Positions 9,849 to 18,754 of a stretch of DNA of 64,000 nucleotides are shown here, piece after piece. Position 1 is the stretch's first letter. Each line of letters opens with the position of its first letter. The stretch lies in NCBI GenBank assembly GCA_964362665.1, contig CAYIFB010000001.1, positions 48,308 to 112,307 of the forward strand, in the 5' to 3' direction. The notes under the pieces were generated by a model that saw only the letters and a list, made by a program, of their open reading frames with translations, was not told the DNA's origin and did no database searches. Source of the stretch: an uncultured Gammaproteobacteria bacterium (lineage in GTDB: Bacteria; Patescibacteriota; Microgenomatia; 2-02-FULL-39-11). The translations under genes and the position numbers were made by a program.

Positions 9849-10511
9849 TTATTTCGAGACCTTTTTTTTGCCAAGTACTGCTGCATTTTTACGATAAAAT
9901 TGTTTCAAGTGATCGAGGGTGAGAGGTATAATCATTTTTGGCAGTTCCTTAAAAGTTTCGACAGTAAGATAGTCTGCAGATAGTATCCATTGGTTCGTTT
10001 CAAGCCGGAATTTAATTCTGCACCCTTCCATCAGATCCCAGACAGTAAATTTTTTCAGTAAAAAATAATAATCAACAAAATCTTTTACTGTTGCTCGTTG
10101 TTGAATAGTTGCAAATTTATTAATCGCGATATCAAGTAAACTATCAATAGCAAGTCCATTATAATCAATACCTTTCTCAACACGTTTTCCATAGTATTTA
10201 GAAAAATCGACTTTTAATTCGTATTGCGGAGAGAATCGCAGCAAACATTGATATAAAGAATCAAATGGAGATTTAACTTTAAATGTAAAATGATGCTTTT
10301 CACCTTGTTTTATTAACCACTGGAAAATAAATGGAATATCCAATGGTTCTTCTGTGAAGAAATCAAGATCTTCTGAATAGCGGTGATGAAGATAAAATGC
10401 ACTTAACGCAGTTCCTCCGGTAAAATAAAATTTTTTCCGGAAATACCCATCTCTGCTTACTTCATCCAATATGTTTTTTTGATATTTGGTGAGGATTTGT
10501 ACTTTCCCCAT
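9849..10511 (-). CDS. AbiEii/AbiGii-family nucleotidyltransferase toxin (type IV TA)
   Basis: FTGGTALSAFYLHHRYSEDLDFF, DIAINK, KDFVDYY. Probable start is ATG at 10511 (MGKVQILT), by alignment with the paralogue at 33343. Confidence 0.9.
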   Translation of the reverse strand: MGKVQILTKYQKNILDEVSRDGYFRKKFYFTGGTALSAFYLHHRYSEDLDFFTEEPLDIPFIFQWLIKQGEKHHFTFKVKSPFDSLYQCLLRFSPQYELKVDFSKYYGKRVEKGIDYNGLAIDSLLDIAINKFATIQQRATVKDFVDYYFLLKKFTVWDLMEGCRIKFRLETNQWILSADYLTVETFKELPKMIIPLTLDHLKQFYRKNAAVLGKKKVSK

Positions 10512-10699
10512 ATTAAAAGTTCCAATAATAGTTTGCACATAGGAAATAGATGAAGTTTGCCCCAATTTTTTTTAACCTTAGATAAGGAAATTTTCTCTCC
10601 CTTATCCGGGCCATAGTTTATCATCCTTTCCAGGATAAGCAGTCGGCCGCTGGCTGTCTTTTTCAGCTCCTTTATATCGTAATCCCAGATTAGTGCCAT
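10457..10699 (-). CDS. Small putative antitoxin partner of AbiEii (DUF6922-like)
   Basis: MALIWDYD...ILERMINYG; overlaps the toxin 5' end; homologous to 33149-33412. Confidence 0.75.
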   Translation of the reverse strand: MALIWDYDIKELKKTASGRLLILERMINYGPDKGEKISLSKVKKNWGKLHLFPMCKLLLELLIWGKYKSSPNIKKTYWMK

Positions 10700-10707
10700 A
10701 TAGTGAA

Positions 10708-10736
10708 ATTGTATCAGAGATGTGCTGTTTTGACAA
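10708..10736 (-). promoter_or_regulatory. Sigma70-type promoter of the TA module
   Basis: Minus strand TTGTCA-17 bp-TACAAT with upstream TG, 8 nt before ATG 10699. Confidence 0.65.
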
Positions 10737-10784
10737 CTCAAATAATCTAACTTAATCTTCTACCTTGTAGAAGTTTAAAATGTT

Positions 10785-10887
10785 TCTATATCGAGTATAC
10801 CGTCAGCCAGGCAGGGGCAGGGACAGGCCCCAAGGATACATCAAGCCTGAATTACCAGACCACGGTTTCTCTGAGGAATTATCAGTA
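10785..10887 (+). repeat. 103-bp direct repeat, copy 2 (orphan 3' end of the PilW-like gene)
   Basis: Identical to 9743-9845; ends in TAA rather than TAG; preceded by hairpin CTTCTAC-ctt-GTAGAAG (10757-10773). Confidence 0.95.
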
Positions 10888-10898
10888 AATAGTCCGAT

Positions 10899-10927
10899 TT
10901 GATTAAATAATCAAAGTATAATATACT
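10899..10927 (+). promoter_or_regulatory. Sigma70-type promoter
   Basis: TTGATT-17 bp-TATACT, 8 nt before ATG 10936. Confidence 0.6.
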
Positions 10928-10935
10928 ATAGGCTT

Positions 10936-13900
10936 ATGCCTATAGAAACGGGTGTAAGTTTTGCGTTAAAGTCACTGGAAAGCCGTGAAGGGAGATCTAT
11001 CACAGCTGATGCCGTGTTAGCAGAGAAAAACCGCCTACTAAAGGTAGAAGGGGTAAATCCAGATTATCGAGGTGAAATACAAAGTGATAATGGTGAATAT
11101 TCATTTACAGATCCTCAGAAAATTACAGAAACTATCGAAGATTTAGTTTCTACTATTAATGCATATTCTAAGATATACCGCGATAATCATTCAAGAACAT
11201 CATTCGTCAGATTAAATGCCGCAGTAGTTGCCTTGGCTGAGATTCGGATTCTCGGACCAAAAACCCTCTACAGCTCTCAAAAACAACAGGAGGAAGGACA
11301 AGTCCGGAGCGTAGGAATCCAGAAAGAACAGGTTGAAGCCGCATTGGCAATTAAATCAATGGACTCAGCAGAAGTTCCAAGTTCTCAAGGTAAAAGCAAT
11401 ACCGATATTCCGATCGCCGCCGTCGCGCGCGCCTGCCTAACAGGAGAACGGGTCCATATTATGGTTCGTGATCCGCAGGCGAAAAGAAGAGACGCTGATA
11501 ATTTGAGGCGGCTGACGTCAGCTTTGAATTTCAATCTTGGAGTGATAGACAGGTCAGAACAAAATGCACAGCCAAAAAAAAGAATAAAAGAATTGGTATT
11601 TATGAGTGATGTGATAGATTTTGCCGCAGGTCTCAGCCAGAGTGAAAAGGAAGAATTCAAAAGACAGCGAAGGAAAGAAATAGATCAGCTGATAAAAGAA
11701 GTTAATTTTTCGCTCATGGCTGACGAGGATCAATCACCAGTTATAGTCGATGATAAAGCTCAACAAGATCCTGATATCATTATCGGCGATGACAAAGATT
11801 TTGTGTTCACCTCGATGACAGATAAACGTAAATTCGTCTGGGGTGAGAAAAAGACATGCGTGATTTGCGATGAAGGTGATCTTCCTTGGACTAAGGGAAG
11901 CAGCTATGAACAGGAGGATGAGGGTTTGTCTCCCCTTTCAGGATATCTGCCCGAATGGATTACATCCTGTGTGGTTGATGAGGTTTGTACTACCATGAGG
12001 AAGGACGGAAAAATCACTTCTGATGCCAATAATCAGCTTGATTTTGTCGATACTCTTGGCGACGAAACTTTGACAGAATATGAAAAACAGGTCAGACTCA
12101 GATTGGAGCTAGTTGCGAAAGACGGCACATTACAGAATCGCTACATGCAAATTTTAAGGAATAAAATAGCGGGTGAGTTTGAAGGGTTGATGAAAACAAT
12201 TCCTGTCCAAAAATACTCTAAAAAGCTTCGGGAAAGAAAGGCAAAATATTTTTTTACCTATGACAGCATGAGAAAACTTGTCAAAAAATACACCTATCAG
12301 GACGTATCAGCCCCAGCCGAATCTGAAAAATTGGATATTCTCCATCCTGCCGACCCCATCGCTTTTTATGATCATGCCTGGTTGACCGCTCAAGAGCTAA
12401 CTACAGGGCAGAACTATTCCCGCACTAATCAGGAAATTGTCATTATTGATCAGGAGACCGGACATCCCCTGCCCACCCATCAGTATTCCGGTTTGGTGGA
12501 TATGGCTGTCGATGTGAAGGAAGGAATCTGCAGTCTCAGATCCAGAACAGATGCTATCCGTGACAGGACAGGTTTTCAGATGTTTTTGCAGAGGAATTAC
12601 GGTAAAAGGCGTATATCTCTCGTTTCAGCTACTCTTGACCATATCCGCGATGAAGTGCAAGAATTTACGGGCGGAAAAGTGATAGATGTCGGTTATTGGA
12701 TAGGCCGTGAAATGTCGATTCCCCGGGTTGAAATATCAGAAGATTTTGGAATGGCCAGAAATAGATTACTGGAACTCATTCAGGAAGCTTCAATAGCTGG
12801 AAGACCGGTGGAAATTGTCTGTGACGATGATGAAGAGTTGGGAGTTTTAAAACAATTTTTTGAAGAATGGAATAACGAAGCAGAAAAATATCATGTAAAT
12901 GTAGTTACATCAAGAAGCGGTTTAGATCATGAAGAAATAGTGTTCGGTCTGGCTGGACAGCTAAACACCCTTACTTTAACTAATCCCCGCGGGGGCAGGA
13001 TGGTTGATATCAAGTCCTCCCCGGAAACCAATAATGCAGGCGGATTACTGTTGATTGTCTGGGGAGCTCTTAAAAATAAGGCGGTATTAAAGCAGGTATT
13101 AGCCCGTACTGCCAGAACTGGAGCTCCGGGAGAATCCCGCTGGATGGTTTATAAATATGGTGGAAAAGCGGCTCTGGAAAATAATCACACCGTGAAAAGG
13201 TACCCGAAAAACATTGAAGCATTAGCGTTACTACAAGATGGTCAAAGGTTGGATTATGACTATAGTTTGCTGGAGAGCATCCATCAGCGGAATAATCTGG
13301 AAGGCCAGACCTTGAGGCTTTTAACCTATGCTTATGATGAATTGAGATTCTCCATGTATAGTGAGGCCCGTCAGAGCCTAGAGCAAGCGATCGGAGACAT
13401 TGCTACACCGGGTTATATCAATGAATATATTAAAATAAGGTGGAACGATATGATAGATTTTATCGCCGATGATTACATTTCACGCTTATCAAGATACAGG
13501 ATGGACTCTATCGGTGATTTGTCAGTTGCCCGGGGATTGGTGATGGGTGAAACTATTCTGAGGCGGATGGCCGATAATTATTCAGGCATAGTATCGATTG
13601 ATACCAAAGATCTATATATCCGACACCCTGTAAGCGGTCGCGATCATTTAATTTCCACAAGCCACCGAAAGCGTTTATTACCGGATAGAGCCACTTTTTT
13701 AAGGTTTAAAGATGTTAGTGTTGTTGATACATCCGGACAGACACATTTCTTGGGAGAAATGCCTCAAGAAGACTCCGATACGAGTATTAGCGCTGGTATA
13801 TATTTTCCACAAAGTCCGCATAAGCTTTATATCCTGACAAGATCAGTAAAGCCTCTTTCCGGCTCGCAGGCCAAAGCAAGTTCTCGCGCTGGATACAGTC

Positions 13901-14070
13901 TAAGAGTTATGTCTTTTGACGACAAAGACCGGTTTGATGGAGACAAAGTTTTCACTGTTTCAGAGTCAGACATAGAGGAATTATTAGGGCATGCTTTCTA
14001 TCCACAAGATGCTCTCAAACAAAAAGCATTATTTAGCCAACTCAGGAAAGAGGGTTTACTTCCTGCTTGA
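10936..14070 (+). CDS. Highly divergent SecA-like ATPase
   Basis: Collinear degenerate SecA motifs: EVPSSQGKS, VICDEGD, IVIIDQETG...VDVKEG, FQMFL, RPVEI, AGQLNTLTLTNPRGGRMVDI, AGGLLLI, QVLARTARTGAPGESRW. Confidence 0.8.
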   Translation: MPIETGVSFALKSLESREGRSITADAVLAEKNRLLKVEGVNPDYRGEIQSDNGEYSFTDPQKITETIEDLVSTINAYSKIYRDNHSRTSFVRLNAAVVALAEIRILGPKTLYSSQKQQEEGQVRSVGIQKEQVEAALAIKSMDSAEVPSSQGKSNTDIPIAAVARACLTGERVHIMVRDPQAKRRDADNLRRLTSALNFNLGVIDRSEQNAQPKKRIKELVFMSDVIDFAAGLSQSEKEEFKRQRRKEIDQLIKEVNFSLMADEDQSPVIVDDKAQQDPDIIIGDDKDFVFTSMTDKRKFVWGEKKTCVICDEGDLPWTKGSSYEQEDEGLSPLSGYLPEWITSCVVDEVCTTMRKDGKITSDANNQLDFVDTLGDETLTEYEKQVRLRLELVAKDGTLQNRYMQILRNKIAGEFEGLMKTIPVQKYSKKLRERKAKYFFTYDSMRKLVKKYTYQDVSAPAESEKLDILHPADPIAFYDHAWLTAQELTTGQNYSRTNQEIVIIDQETGHPLPTHQYSGLVDMAVDVKEGICSLRSRTDAIRDRTGFQMFLQRNYGKRRISLVSATLDHIRDEVQEFTGGKVIDVGYWIGREMSIPRVEISEDFGMARNRLLELIQEASIAGRPVEIVCDDDEELGVLKQFFEEWNNEAEKYHVNVVTSRSGLDHEEIVFGLAGQLNTLTLTNPRGGRMVDIKSSPETNNAGGLLLIVWGALKNKAVLKQVLARTARTGAPGESRWMVYKYGGKAALENNHTVKRYPKNIEALALLQDGQRLDYDYSLLESIHQRNNLEGQTLRLLTYAYDELRFSMYSEARQSLEQAIGDIATPGYINEYIKIRWNDMIDFIADDYISRLSRYRMDSIGDLSVARGLVMGETILRRMADNYSGIVSIDTKDLYIRHPVSGRDHLISTSHRKRLLPDRATFLRFKDVSVVDTSGQTHFLGEMPQEDSDTSISAGIYFPQSPHKLYILTRSVKPLSGSQAKASSRAGYSLRVMSFDDKDRFDGDKVFTVSESDIEELLGHAFYPQDALKQKALFSQLRKEGLLPA

Positions 14071-14116
14071 CAAATTTATAGAAAAAATCTATGTTATTAA
14101 TTAATACTATAGAGAC

Positions 14117-14145
14117 TTTACAAAAGACCTATAGCATGATATAAT
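14117..14145 (+). promoter_or_regulatory. Sigma70-type promoter with extended -10
   Basis: TTTACA-17 bp-TATAAT with TG, 6 nt before ATG 14152. Confidence 0.7.
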
Positions 14146-14151
14146 ATATAA

Positions 14152-16449
14152 ATGGTAATACATGAAGCTGTTCAAGCAAGTATTACTCCAGTAACCAGAG
14201 ATATACTGATCGGTCCGATTAATCCGTCAGGAATTGCCTCAATTTCAGCTCCAAACTTACTTCTCAATTCACACGCACATGAGTCTCACAGACTCGATTC
14301 TCCTTTAAATCCCAATGGCATTGTTTTTGAAGGTTCTCAAACTAGATATGAAGAATTAAGAGGTGCAGTATCCGAAGTCCTTAGAGATATAGGCATCAGA
14401 GATGTGAAAGACAGGGAAGAGATGCTTCGAAGCTTTGACAGATTACACGAGGGAGAAGAAAAAGCTGTTGCAGACTTTCAGGCAGTACTTGGTGATTTTC
14501 AAGACGGGATAGTGGATCCTATTCTGGAGGGGCTAAAAGACGTTGCTGCATTTATTGACAAAGAGGCTCCCATAATACTTAGTCTTACAGGATTAAGTAT
14601 TGGAGCGTCAATGGCAGGATATTTAGCGGTCGATTATCTTAGAAGAAGGCATGATCATATCATCAAAAGATATCCTCAAGCTAGAAAAGCATTATCTCAT
14701 GTCAGAGGTAATTCTGTTTCTTTGCAACGATTAGCTGTGCTAACAGCATCATTTAGCGGACTATTAGCAGGATGCACTACTGGTATGGTTGTTGTAACAG
14801 CCAGCCAAACTGCGCCGGCGCCGGATGGTTCATCACCATCTCCCGCTCCGGTATCACCGGATAGGACTCTTACCCCGGCTTCAAACGCAACAGTAACCGC
14901 TCCGGACGCTACTCATACTCCCGAGCCTGCTCCTAATATTCCGCCACCGGAAGGGTACCAGCCTGACAGAATTTTGGGATCACAACAGATAGGTGAACCG
15001 TATACAGAAAACGGAGAATTTACCGATTCTGCAGAAAACTCTATCACCCTAGGACATAAATTTTCTGCACAGGATATAAGAGATATTATAAATAGCAAAG
15101 CTCCAAAGTATGGACTTGATGCAGTAACAGCAGAAAGCGTGTTGTCCGATATGGATTTTGCTCTAAACCACTCTTCAGCAGGCGGCCCGGACAGAGAGGT
15201 ATCTTTCGTCTTAAATACTACAAAGGACGAACAGGGTAATCCCCAATCAAAAGGATTCATTATTCTTACCTCAAATAACGGAAATAAAATGTGGATAGCA
15301 AAAGATTCAGCATTAGGAAGATTAAACCTCCAACCTAGCGTCACCTATGGATTGCAGGAATTCAGTTTTGGAAACTGGGTTGGCGGCGAGATTCCAGATA
15401 AAAAAAATACAGTTATCACAGAAATAGATTTAACTCCGTTTGGAGGAATAGGTAATGTAGATTTTGTATTCCAGAATGGAGAACTTTTTGCTTATATGGT
15501 TGTTCAAAACCAGACAAAGGGCGGATTAGTTATTTCCAATGTCTTTGATGCCCGAGAAACTGACCTAACAACACAGTGGAAATTTTTAGAATCATCCACA
15601 CCGGTTCCTGACCCAACGGTTGAACCTACTCCGACGGAAACACCCACTCCAACTCCTGAGCCAACACTACAGCATTTCTCTAACTCTCGATATATTAATG
15701 TTGCCAGTATTTCAAATCAAGTTTTTCAGCTCGATGCATATCCAAATTGGCTACAACAGGGAGATTACGTTTACTCCCATAGTATTGACGTCGGTTCTGA
15801 AACTATTGTTGAGCGTCTAAGTAGCTATCCCGGATTCGAAGGGGCTGTGGTTCATACAGTTGTAAATGGTCCTCCAAAAGGTGAAGGAAATCAACATGCA
15901 TTTATACTTGTTGAGCGTCTTAAAAATGCTCAGATAATCGGAGCTTGGGCAATCGAGAAATCATTTGAAGTCATAACAGCACCCCCAAAATTAATACATT
16001 CCGGGTTAGGTTCAAAGGATTATCCCGAAAATCCAATCGCGATGTTGTCCTCACTTGGAATGCACCTTCCAGATTATGAGTTTAGAGTGGTAGGAGGTAC
16101 TCGACTAATTTCAAATGGAGATGGAAACTACTATGTTGCGTTGTATAGAGTTAACCGCGATCAGTCAAACATAAGTGATCCTAGAAAAGTTCAAATAAAA
16201 ATTGGCGAAAAATACGGTTTACGTGAGGAGTTAATTTACGACGAACAAAACGCAAATAAACCAACAATACGATCTTTTCTCATTACATTCGATGGTAATG
16301 GTAATAAAACATATACGTTTATTGGTCAACTTCCATTAAGTGATGACATTATTGAAATTAAAGGTGACATGTCCTGGTTGGGTGCGTACACAGGTTATTA
16401 TACAAAAGGTCTTGAGGTTGTTGAAGGTGAATTAGAGATACTTAGGTAA
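14152..16449 (+). CDS. Hypothetical membrane-anchored/secreted protein with Pro/Thr-rich linkers
   Basis: 765-aa ORF; hydrophobic segments near aa 140-160 and 195-215 (LLAGC); PT-rich tracts. Confidence 0.7.
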   Translation: MVIHEAVQASITPVTRDILIGPINPSGIASISAPNLLLNSHAHESHRLDSPLNPNGIVFEGSQTRYEELRGAVSEVLRDIGIRDVKDREEMLRSFDRLHEGEEKAVADFQAVLGDFQDGIVDPILEGLKDVAAFIDKEAPIILSLTGLSIGASMAGYLAVDYLRRRHDHIIKRYPQARKALSHVRGNSVSLQRLAVLTASFSGLLAGCTTGMVVVTASQTAPAPDGSSPSPAPVSPDRTLTPASNATVTAPDATHTPEPAPNIPPPEGYQPDRILGSQQIGEPYTENGEFTDSAENSITLGHKFSAQDIRDIINSKAPKYGLDAVTAESVLSDMDFALNHSSAGGPDREVSFVLNTTKDEQGNPQSKGFIILTSNNGNKMWIAKDSALGRLNLQPSVTYGLQEFSFGNWVGGEIPDKKNTVITEIDLTPFGGIGNVDFVFQNGELFAYMVVQNQTKGGLVISNVFDARETDLTTQWKFLESSTPVPDPTVEPTPTETPTPTPEPTLQHFSNSRYINVASISNQVFQLDAYPNWLQQGDYVYSHSIDVGSETIVERLSSYPGFEGAVVHTVVNGPPKGEGNQHAFILVERLKNAQIIGAWAIEKSFEVITAPPKLIHSGLGSKDYPENPIAMLSSLGMHLPDYEFRVVGGTRLISNGDGNYYVALYRVNRDQSNISDPRKVQIKIGEKYGLREELIYDEQNANKPTIRSFLITFDGNGNKTYTFIGQLPLSDDIIEIKGDMSWLGAYTGYYTKGLEVVEGELEILR

Positions 16450-16463
16450 TAAAGTGATTAGAT

Positions 16464-17528
16464 TTAATAACCAATAAAATGAAATAATTTTCTTGAAAAT
16501 GTATTGTAACCGAATTTCTTTGAATATCTGTACAGCGTGTTATGATCAAATGATGTTTTGAGAAGTATATTGATAGCATGTGAAAGAGCCTTAGTTGAAT
16601 ACTCATAGAAAAAAACTCCCGTTTTTGATGGAATAATGGTTTCTTTTAATCCTCCACTATAATGAGCGATCACTGGTATTCCGTGTGCCATCGCTTCAAT
16701 TGGTGCTATTCCGAAGTCTTCATTTTTTGCAGTCATTATAAATGCATAAGATGATGAATATAACTTATCAAGATCGGATTCAGGAACAAATCCTATAAAT
16801 TCTACATATTTGTTAGTATACTGATATAATTCTTTTAAATATGCTTTATCAATTCCCTTCCCGGCTATTTTTAAAAATATCTTCATTTTTGTAGCCGCAT
16901 GTATTGCTAGTTCTAGACCTTTTGTTCTGTCTAATCTTGAAACGATAAGAAAATATTTTGGTATACTTTTTATAATAATATTCTTTGGAATTCTAACTGG
17001 CGGATAAATAACAGTGGATTGGACTAAACATTTTTTAAATAGTATTTGTTGAGTATAACAAGAGTTGGCAACAATGTTTGTATTACCTTGAGTCGATGAT
17101 ATATAGAACTTTCTAAGGTAATTCGTATACGGTATATATTTTTGTAATCGTTTCTGAGGAGATAATCCAAAGATATTTTTCGGGATGCTGTGAATATACT
17201 GTATATGTTTGGGTCTTACAACTTTAATTGAATTTGAAAATAACGCGGAAGAACTTGATATGACGATATCATATTTCTCAAATGAATACTGTTTCCAAAT
17301 GAATGGAGAAATCATCTGAATTATCGACGTTTTACTCCTTGATAAAAATGGAAAAGGGAAAGTATGAATTCTATTTCGAGGAAAGTTAGAAAAAAACATA
17401 TTTAAAATAGAGTTATCTGCAAATGAGGTGTACAAATCAGCATTTGGATACATTTTAAGAAGAGATTGAAGCACTCGTTCAGCTCCACCAAATTCCAAAA
17501 GAGAATCATGAATAATAGCGCATTTCAT
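16464..17528 (-). CDS. Glycosyltransferase family 4
   Basis: HDSLLEFGGAERVL; EDFGIAPIEAMAHG. Confidence 0.92.
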   Translation of the reverse strand: MKCAIIHDSLLEFGGAERVLQSLLKMYPNADLYTSFADNSILNMFFSNFPRNRIHTFPFPFLSRSKTSIIQMISPFIWKQYSFEKYDIVISSSSALFSNSIKVVRPKHIQYIHSIPKNIFGLSPQKRLQKYIPYTNYLRKFYISSTQGNTNIVANSCYTQQILFKKCLVQSTVIYPPVRIPKNIIIKSIPKYFLIVSRLDRTKGLELAIHAATKMKIFLKIAGKGIDKAYLKELYQYTNKYVEFIGFVPESDLDKLYSSSYAFIMTAKNEDFGIAPIEAMAHGIPVIAHYSGGLKETIIPSKTGVFFYEYSTKALSHAINILLKTSFDHNTLYRYSKKFGYNTFSRKLFHFIGY

Positions 17529-17530
17529 CT

Positions 17531-18733
17531 TTAATTCAAAATCTGTTGCAATTTATTCTGTGTAGAGGATTCTAAGAAATGTTTTTCTAAGTATGCTAGT
17601 GAATTTTTTATAAGACTTTTTTGGAGATCTTTGTTTATAAGTAATTCCTGAATTTTTTCAGCAAATTCATATGCATTGTTTGCAATAAGAATTTCACGAT
17701 CATTATAAACTTTTAATCCCTCCAAGCCTTCTAAAGTTGATATGATGGGAATTTTGTGCGTCATAGCTTCGAGTATTTTCATTCGGATACCAGCTGAAAA
17801 TCTGATGGGGACAATGAATATTGAGGCCGATTTCCAGAATTTTTCTATATTATTTTTGTAGCCATGAAAAGTTACATTATGTAAATAGGTAAAATGCATG
17901 TCTTTTGATTTTTCACCTACAATTGAAATTTGAAAATTAATGTTTTTCTTAAGTAGAAGAGGATAAACGTTTTTGAGAAACCAGTATATTCCGTCTTTAT
18001 TTGGATGCCAATAAAGAGTTCCAACGAAGAGTATATTATTTGTTTTTCGTCGATCTGGTTTTCTTTGATGGGTTTTATGATAAATATAGGGTAGGTAAAC
18101 AAAAGGAGATAATTTATTATCAATTTGTTTGATTCTTTTTTTATTCTCTTCTGAAATTGCAATTATTTTATCGAATTTGGAAAATATTTTTTTTTCGTAG
18201 AATTTATATTTTATCCACTCATTAATAGCAAATAGTTTCCATATCAATGAATTATTATACAAAAACACTTTGTTGTATATCTGGCTATCAATATCTGCTA
18301 AAAAAAGAACTTTTAGTGCTTTTAAATTGGAAGGTAAATATTGTGTCATTGATAATTTGTCTATCCATATACAATCGATATTCTCTTTCTTAATGGTATC
18401 AATAATGTATTTACTCATACTTTTATTATAAAATTTACTTACTGAAAATGGTTTTTGGGAAAAGAGATTCATTAATAAATTAAATATTTTATTTATTTCC
18501 TCCAGGGTTGATTTTTTTGGGGATATAAGTGGGTTCACAATTGTTTTACCAATTCTGCACCCCATTATTTCTAAATACTTCTCAAATTTAAGTTTTTTCT
18601 CTGAATCGACAAAAGAAAATAAAATAATATTATGGTTAAGTTTTAATAATGTCGGTATAATAGCGTTATTATAAATATTACCTCCTGAATCTAATGGATA
18701 TGGAAGTGTTTGCGTAAGAAAAATAATATTCAT
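17531..18733 (-). CDS. Glycosyltransferase family 4
   Basis: PYPLDSGG; PNKDGIYWF; GIRMKILEAM. Confidence 0.9.
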   Translation of the reverse strand: MNIIFLTQTLPYPLDSGGNIYNNAIIPTLLKLNHNIILFSFVDSEKKLKFEKYLEIMGCRIGKTIVNPLISPKKSTLEEINKIFNLLMNLFSQKPFSVSKFYNKSMSKYIIDTIKKENIDCIWIDKLSMTQYLPSNLKALKVLFLADIDSQIYNKVFLYNNSLIWKLFAINEWIKYKFYEKKIFSKFDKIIAISEENKKRIKQIDNKLSPFVYLPYIYHKTHQRKPDRRKTNNILFVGTLYWHPNKDGIYWFLKNVYPLLLKKNINFQISIVGEKSKDMHFTYLHNVTFHGYKNNIEKFWKSASIFIVPIRFSAGIRMKILEAMTHKIPIISTLEGLEGLKVYNDREILIANNAYEFAEKIQELLINKDLQKSLIKNSLAYLEKHFLESSTQNKLQQILN

Positions 18734-18754
18734 TTCAGATTTTTGAATTTATAT

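Noticed and set aside
9743-10887. Diversity-generating retroelement VR/TR pair at the pilin 3' end
   Set aside because: The copies are identical over 103 bp with no adenine-specific mismatches (only the stop codon differs), and no reverse transcriptase is in the window.
10936-14070. Calling this the housekeeping secA
   Set aside because: The motifs are too degenerate and the context is accessory, so the gene symbol was withheld.
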